Of a stretch of DNA of 64,000 nt, positions 59,401 through 64,000 are shown one piece after another. The DNA is from an uncultured Rickettsia sp. Lineage in GTDB: Bacteria; Pseudomonadota; Alphaproteobacteria; Rickettsiales; JABSSG01. Within the stretch, counting starts at the first letter, position 1, and every line of letters begins with the position of its first letter. The notes under the pieces were generated by a model. It was not told the DNA's origin. It searched no databases and saw only the letters and a list, made by a program, of their open reading frames with translations. Position numbers and translations under genes: made by a program. The stretch covers positions 13,881-77,880 of the forward strand of contig CAZEVK010000003.1 of the NCBI GenBank assembly GCA_964515755.1, written 5' to 3'.

Positions 59401-59823
59401 GTTATTTCTAAATTAGTTAAGGCTTATAGCAAGTATAATAGTTTAACTATTGATGATAAAGTTGCAACAAATTTACAAAATTTGATCAATAAATTACTTT
59501 TTTCATTTAAGTCTGATTATAAAATATTAACTGAGGTAAATCTTGCTACTAAGTATAAAAAGAGCAATCTTCTTGGTACTATAGATTTATTAATAATTGG
59601 TGAGAAAGATTGTATAATTATTGATTATAAGACTTCATTATTTAAGAATTTTGAAGATATATCAACTCAGCACATTACTCAACTTGCAGTTTATAGACAC
59701 ATGGTATTAAAATTATACCCTAATAAGAAAATAAAATGCTTTATTATTTCCTCATTGAATGGTGAGTTTTTTGAAATTGATGAATCGTTACTTGAAGAGA
59801 ATTTTATAAATTATTTAGTATAG
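56443..59823 (+). CDS. addA: double-strand break repair helicase-nuclease AddA
   Basis: 1126 aa. SF1 motifs ASAGSGKTKLL, LLDESQD, GDHKQSIFSFQGA, TVHGSKGLQ and LLYVAMTRAQERL. C-terminal RecB-type nuclease motif GTIDLLII...IIIDYKT. Confidence 0.88.
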   Translation: MNSSEISSNPLYNIWISASAGSGKTKLLTDRVLRLLLSGVTPSKILCLTYTKAAASEMMQRVSDELSKWAIIDNSNLEEQIRLITGSIPSQAQIKFARTLLIRVIDNTQPMKIQTIHSFCQSIIAKFPIESGINLETRIIDNYQRQVLLEQAKLSLLRNYDLHSFEGSNLDPLLKNIHEFSFHSLIENANLYRHKLVNVFHESSIFSYVYNKLSIDSNLSTDKIFDNFFCSYKLIISRHKNSIDLCLSENQESFLLNLLAIAESDSSEKQFLFSQIYNIFYTLNNSPRKKLLNMEVTKNYNLRNFISEVRDLIASYLELHNSYKIAENTSSFIYLASLISYYYENLKQANSFLDYDDLINITLKLLNSDELLQWVMLKLDNKIEHILLDESQDISLEQWEIITTLTDNFFCELGSEGKPRTIFSVGDHKQSIFSFQGADPKLFNSIKNQYYAYINNFDAKFYTITLNKSFRSGTAILQAVDSTFNSLVHKDPEAFIENISQHIAHKKELYSRVELWPAVLYKRNEINENYDWYINNDRIEIYDPAKILAKVLANEIKSWLDNSASMQPGDVLILIRKRDKFTEYLIRSLKYNNIPVSGLDRVKLSENIVVKDLIAFGNFILLPYDDYNLGTLLKSPVINLNEDQLFKLSQRSGLSLWQSLKELSLNDERLLNIYSFLNEFLCRNDLQIYNLFNNLLDVKKIRQNIVARFGTQINEVLEEFLSICLEYEQTETTSLQHFINWFSSSDIEVKREIDNRENLVRIMTVHGSKGLQAKVVILADTLSIPGSINQVIWSDKFNLPLYNGNSQNNNQLYNDTRLYLEKKSLQEYYRLLYVAMTRAQERLIVCGWSMGTNINDKSWYSIIKSGLESIGRTEVCNYLGGYEIINDDKAKNSSYIYSNSSEKIILGDELVNIPKRKLEEVNSIGCILPNFIFKKPSCLPIRKFLSVTSSISSNFINSPVLENSYIHLGILIHKILEIATGSNDSLVISKLVKAYSKYNSLTIDDKVATNLQNLINKLLFSFKSDYKILTEVNLATKYKKSNLLGTIDLLIIGEKDCIIIDYKTSLFKNFEDISTQHITQLAVYRHMVLKLYPNKKIKCFIISSLNGEFFEIDESLLEENFINYLV

Positions 59824-60469
59824 TTTTTACAAAAGGGATAGTAATTTTCTTATTTTGTGAAAGAGAGCATTTATTGAGTATATCTACTGTTTTTTTTATT
59901 GAGTCAAAGTTACGTTCAATTCTACTAGTCAGAAATTTAATTATTTCTTCACCAACAATAATTTGATGATCAGAGAAGCTTTTGACTAACATTTGCTCTA
60001 TAAGTTTATCTGTCGGTGAATCAATTTTATACGTAATAATAGACTGTAGCCTTGATTTTAGGTCTGGAATTTTTAACTTTAATCCGTGTAGTTTTGTTTG
60101 TGCAGTGATAAGTAAAAATTTTTTATTCTCAATAATATAGTTTATAAAATGTAATAAATTATTTTCTTGAGATAGTAATTTTTCTATGTCATCCACTAAA
60201 TAACTTGCTGTTTCATCTCTATATAGAAATTGGTTTAGGTCATTTATTGTGATGTCGCGTGCCGAGGACTTACTTCGCCAAATTTTAGCTAAGTGTGTCT
60301 TACCAGAGCCTTTTATTCCATAAATGCATACAATGTTAGGAAAGATGTTTCCATGCCAATTGGGCCAGCAATCAATCCATTTTTTTGCTAACAAGTTTGA
60401 AGAGTCTTCAATAAAATCTTCTTCCAGATAACTAAAATCAGATCTCAAATTGAGAGCATATTGGTACAA
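59804..60469 (-). CDS. hda: DnaA-related AAA+ protein, Hda/HdaA-like
   Basis: 221 aa. Walker A GIKGSGKTHLAKIW and a Walker B-like YLVDDIE. DnaA domain III-like length and layout. Confidence 0.75.
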   Translation of the reverse strand: MYQYALNLRSDFSYLEEDFIEDSSNLLAKKWIDCWPNWHGNIFPNIVCIYGIKGSGKTHLAKIWRSKSSARDITINDLNQFLYRDETASYLVDDIEKLLSQENNLLHFINYIIENKKFLLITAQTKLHGLKLKIPDLKSRLQSIITYKIDSPTDKLIEQMLVKSFSDHQIIVGEEIIKFLTSRIERNFDSIKKTVDILNKCSLSQNKKITIPFVKTILNNL

Positions 60470-60478
60470 TTTATACTC

Positions 60479-61552
60479 CTAATTCTTAATTTTCTTGTAA
60501 TTTTGATCTAAATAAAATTCGCTTTTATAATATTGTTCTAGCATAAATCTAATTAGTATATTCAAAACAGCTGCGCAAGGGATAGAAGAGAGCATTCCAA
60601 CAAATCCGAAAAGATTTGCGCCTACTAGTAAAGCAAAAATAAGCCACACTGGATGTAATCCAATTTTGTCGCCAATTAACTTAGGAGATAAAGTATTTTC
60701 AATTATGCTTCCAATAGCAAATATTATAACCACCATAAAAACTTTTTTGATAGCAAAGAATTGTAAATATGCTACTAAGGATGCACAAATAAATCCACTT
60801 AATAGTCCAACAAATGGAATGAATGTTAGAATACCGGTAGTTATACCAATAAAAATACTGAAATTTATTCCTATAGTTGTTAAAGTTATGCAGTAATAAA
60901 TTGCTAACACCAAACAAACGTTTAATTGGCCTCTAATAAAACCTGAGAGGGCGATATCAATTTTTGATATCAAGGATTTAAAAGATTCTTTAGAGTTTTG
61001 CGGTATCACTTTTAATACGCTAGATAAAATATTTTTCCAATCTCTGATAATATAAAATGTAATAAATGGAACTAACACAAGCATGGATAATATATTTATT
61101 ATTGCCATGCCGGATTGCCAGATTCGTTGAATGAAATTGGAGGTGTAAACGAATATTATGCTAAATAAATTATTTAGATTTTCCTCTACCCTAACCACAT
61201 AGCTGGGATCTATTAATTCTGCATAGTGTGCAATTACTGGGATTATTTGTGTTTTAACGTATTCTTTATACTTAGGTATTTGTTGAATAAAGTGTTGAAT
61301 TTGTTCAAAGATTAGAGGTATTACTAGAAGCCACAAAGAAACTAAGCAAATTAATATTAATACAATGATTATTACTGCACTAATTGTTCTATTTATAAAA
61401 AATTTTCTTTGCAAGAAATTTGCTAAAGGTACAAAAAAATACGAAAACACAAATGACATTATAAATGGCATCAAAATATTACTTAATGAATAAAAAATCC
61501 AAGCAATTAAGCCTATAAATACGATCCAGAATAAAATTTTAGTGTTTTTCAT
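60479..61552 (-). CDS. AI-2E family transporter (PerM/YhhT, UPF0118)
   Basis: Polytopic; the C-terminal pattern ..GDKIGLHPVWLIFALLVGANLFGFVGMLSSIP is typical of the family. ATG 61552 preferred over TTG 61606. Confidence 0.8.
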   Translation of the reverse strand: MKNTKILFWIVFIGLIAWIFYSLSNILMPFIMSFVFSYFFVPLANFLQRKFFINRTISAVIIIVLILICLVSLWLLVIPLIFEQIQHFIQQIPKYKEYVKTQIIPVIAHYAELIDPSYVVRVEENLNNLFSIIFVYTSNFIQRIWQSGMAIINILSMLVLVPFITFYIIRDWKNILSSVLKVIPQNSKESFKSLISKIDIALSGFIRGQLNVCLVLAIYYCITLTTIGINFSIFIGITTGILTFIPFVGLLSGFICASLVAYLQFFAIKKVFMVVIIFAIGSIIENTLSPKLIGDKIGLHPVWLIFALLVGANLFGFVGMLSSIPCAAVLNILIRFMLEQYYKSEFYLDQNYKKIKN

Positions 61553-61632
61553 AATATCATTATAGTTTATTATAGAATTAATCTCTATAATCTGCGATTG
61601 TAGCAAATATTGCCTATTATTAAAACATAATT

Positions 61633-62697
61633 ATGTATTATAAAAATTTTGTTGATTCTGCAGAGTCTTTGGGGCCATATGAAAATAATCCAGAGATAGT
61701 TGTAGGTGTGTCTGGTGGGATTGACTCTTTAGCCTTAGTTTTTCTTGTAAATGATTGGTTACGTTTAGTTAACGGGAGAGTTATTGCTCTTACAGTTAAT
61801 CATAATTTACGTAAAGAGGCGTTTGATGAAGCGCTATCTGTTCAAAAGTTATTACAGAAAAATAATATTGAGCATCATATTTTGGATTGGCATCACGATA
61901 AAGTCGTGAGTAACATTCAGGAAAAGGCAAGAAGAGCAAGGTTAGAATTGCTTACTGATTGGTGTAATAAACATAATATTTTACATTTAATGCTTGCTCA
62001 ACATAGTCAAGATCAGGCTGAAACTATTCTAATGAAAATATGTCGTGGTTCAGGATTAAATGGTCTAACTGGTATGCCTGCAGTGAATATTGTAAATAAA
62101 GTAAGAGTGATTCGTCCATTTTTATCTTTTTCCAAGAGTCAGTTAAAGAGTATTGTGTCGTCTTATGCAAATTGGTGGATAGAAGATTCTTCAAACGATA
62201 ATCCTAAATTTATGCGCACGGCTGCACGTAGGCTTTTAAGTTCCGTAACTTTATTGAGATTGGTAAATGTTAAAAGCCATAAAAAAGACAATTTGATACA
62301 GAGAATGAATTTGCTTGCAGAAAATTTAACTAGAGTTCGTTCTTACTTAGAACAAGAAGCCGCTCGTCATATGGTAATGATGGTTAAAATATTTTCCAAT
62401 GGTTACTTAGTTATTGATTATAAAAGCTTTTCGAAGATAAATAAAGAGATGGGTTTGACTGTTTTGTCAGCATGCCTTATAACTATCTCAAATGAGCATT
62501 TAGTTAGACCAAGACTAGCCTCCTTAGAAAGGATTTGGAATTCGATATCTCATTTAGAATCAAAATCTTTTACATTATGGAAGTGTAAAATAAAACTATC
62601 TATAAGTAAAAATATTATAGAGATTTTACCAGAATTAAATACTAGTAAGAAATTTATTCCACTAATGCCTCTTGCACAAAAGCAATTTGATTGTTAA
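61633..62697 (+). CDS. tilS: tRNA(Ile)-lysidine synthase
   Basis: 354 aa. PP-loop VGVSGGIDSLAL, and LMLAQHSQDQAETILMKICRGSG. Conserved position upstream of ftsH. Confidence 0.88.
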   Translation: MYYKNFVDSAESLGPYENNPEIVVGVSGGIDSLALVFLVNDWLRLVNGRVIALTVNHNLRKEAFDEALSVQKLLQKNNIEHHILDWHHDKVVSNIQEKARRARLELLTDWCNKHNILHLMLAQHSQDQAETILMKICRGSGLNGLTGMPAVNIVNKVRVIRPFLSFSKSQLKSIVSSYANWWIEDSSNDNPKFMRTAARRLLSSVTLLRLVNVKSHKKDNLIQRMNLLAENLTRVRSYLEQEAARHMVMMVKIFSNGYLVIDYKSFSKINKEMGLTVLSACLITISNEHLVRPRLASLERIWNSISHLESKSFTLWKCKIKLSISKNIIEILPELNTSKKFIPLMPLAQKQFDC

Positions 62698-62799
62698 ATA
62701 ATACCATGTAGTCTTATGATATACTAAAAATGATTTCACTTTATGGTCAATAGCCAGTAGTATGTCACAATTGGTTAACTTTATTTTGGTTAGTGAATT

Positions 62800-64000
62800 A
62801 TGAATTATAAAAAGAATATTTTGATTTGGATTGCAATTACATTAGCAGTAGTACTAGTTTTTGATTATTTTGGTAATTCAAATTATACTAGCAATGCAGG
62901 TTTATCTTTTTCAGAATTTTTACGTAAAGTTGAAGAGAATCAAGTTACTGATGTTGTCATTAGAGGGAATATAATAGATGGTCATTTTTCTGACGCTAGC
63001 AGTTTTTCAACTTACTCTCCAGATTATCCTGGCTTAATTGATAATCTAAAGCAATATGACGTGACTATTAGAGCAGAACCTTTGGAAACTAAAATGAATT
63101 CTTTATTAGGCATCATTCTTTCATGGTTTCCAATGCTTTTGTTAATTGGAGTATGGATTTTTTTCATGAGACAAATGCAAGGTGGTGCTGGAAAAGCGAT
63201 GGGCTTTGGTAAATCTAAAGCTAGATTGATGGGAGAAAAATTAGAAAAAGTTACATTCAAAGATGTTGCTGGTATAGACGAAGCAAAAGGAGAGCTTGAA
63301 GAAATAGTAGAATTTTTAAAAAATCCTGCAAAATTTCAAGCCTTAGGAGGTAGAATTCCTAAAGGATGTTTATTAGTTGGTAGTCCTGGTACTGGTAAAA
63401 CTCTTATTGCACGAGCTGTAGCAGGGGAAGCAAATGTTCCTTTTTTTACTATTTCTGGTTCTGATTTTGTTGAAATGTTTGTTGGTGTTGGTGCTAGCAG
63501 GGTGCGTGATATGTTTGAGCAGGGTAAAAAACATGCTCCTTGTATTATTTTTATTGATGAAATTGATGCAGTCGGTCGTCACCGTGGCATAGGCTTAGGA
63601 GGCGGCAATGACGAAAGAGAGCAAACTTTAAATCAACTGCTTGTTGAAATGGATGGATTTGAGGCTAATGAGAGTGTTATTATTATAGCAGCTACTAATA
63701 GACCTGATGTTCTTGATCCTGCACTACTAAGACCAGGTAGATTTGATCGTCAAATTATGGTTCCACTTCCAGATATTAATGGTCGTGAGCAAATACTTAA
63801 TGTTCATTTAAAAAAAGTTGTTGTTTGTCCAGAAGTGGATGCAAGAGTGATAGCTCGTGGAACTCCAGGTTTTTCTGGCGCTGATTTAGCAAATCTTATT
63901 AATGAAGCTGCCTTGCTTGCAGCTAGAGGCAATAAAAAGATAGTTTCAATGAAAGAGCTCGAAGAAGCTAAAGACAAAGTAATGATGGGTCCTGAACGTA
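62800..64000 (+). CDS. ftsH: ATP-dependent zinc metalloprotease FtsH (3' end beyond window)
   Basis: My own translation from ATG 62800: [19 protein letters not shown]..., Walker [19 protein letters not shown], Walker [34 protein letters not shown]. Open to the window edge, so absent from the ORF track. Confidence 0.95.
   Translation, partial: MNYKKNILIWIAITLAVVLVFDYFGNSNYTSNAGLSFSEFLRKVEENQVTDVVIRGNIIDGHFSDASSFSTYSPDYPGLIDNLKQYDVTIRAEPLETKMNSLLGIILSWFPMLLLIGVWIFFMRQMQGGAGKAMGFGKSKARLMGEKLEKVTFKDVAGIDEAKGELEEIVEFLKNPAKFQALGGRIPKGCLLVGSPGTGKTLIARAVAGEANVPFFTISGSDFVEMFVGVGASRVRDMFEQGKKHAPCIIFIDEIDAVGRHRGIGLGGGNDEREQTLNQLLVEMDGFEANESVIIIAATNRPDVLDPALLRPGRFDRQIMVPLPDINGREQILNVHLKKVVVCPEVDARVIARGTPGFSGADLANLINEAALLAARGNKKIVSMKELEEAKDKVMMGPER

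Overview
This is a gene-dense, visibly AT-rich chromosomal segment that reads like a reduced obligate-intracellular alphaproteobacterium (Rickettsiales/Holosporales-like). The supporting markers are two tandem Tlc/NTT nucleotide transporters, a Sel1-repeat protein, a Rickettsia-like S4 N-terminus, a 483-aa Icd, a ZauP-ZapA pair, an Hda homologue, and hemC-hemD-Mic60-like-hemY and tilS-ftsH synteny. I call 58 CDS (ftsH runs off the 3' edge), one frameshifted pseudogene, two tRNAs (CAU and GAC anticodons), one candidate 6S RNA hidden between zapA and ispA, and the programmed +1 frameshift of prfB. UGA is a stop codon, since RF2 is present and its recoding site uses UGA. Coding is very compact, with many 1-5 nt junctions, 4-20 nt overlaps and several convergent 3' overlaps. 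The exception is about 2.5 kb at 17.2-19.7 kb, which looks like a decaying region. I saw no IS elements, integrases, phage genes, CRISPR arrays, restriction-modification, toxin-antitoxin or recognisable defence genes, and I cannot point to a clear-cut new multi-gene system. The most interesting observations are: (1) a pntAA-pntAB-pntB operon running with 1-nt spacing into two diverged NTT paralogs; (2) a guaA-guaB-add purine interconversion cluster whose IMPDH lacks the whole Bateman/CBS domain and whose deaminase has a variant active-site motif; (3) the unannotated 6S-like RNA; (4) a plastid/chlamydia-type dicarboxylate translocator, a SemiSWEET and a minimal cupredoxin+FTR1 iron module; (5) an unknown 117-aa ORF translationally coupled to tkt-gap-pgk. 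All family assignments come from motifs read by eye and from memory; no database search was run.
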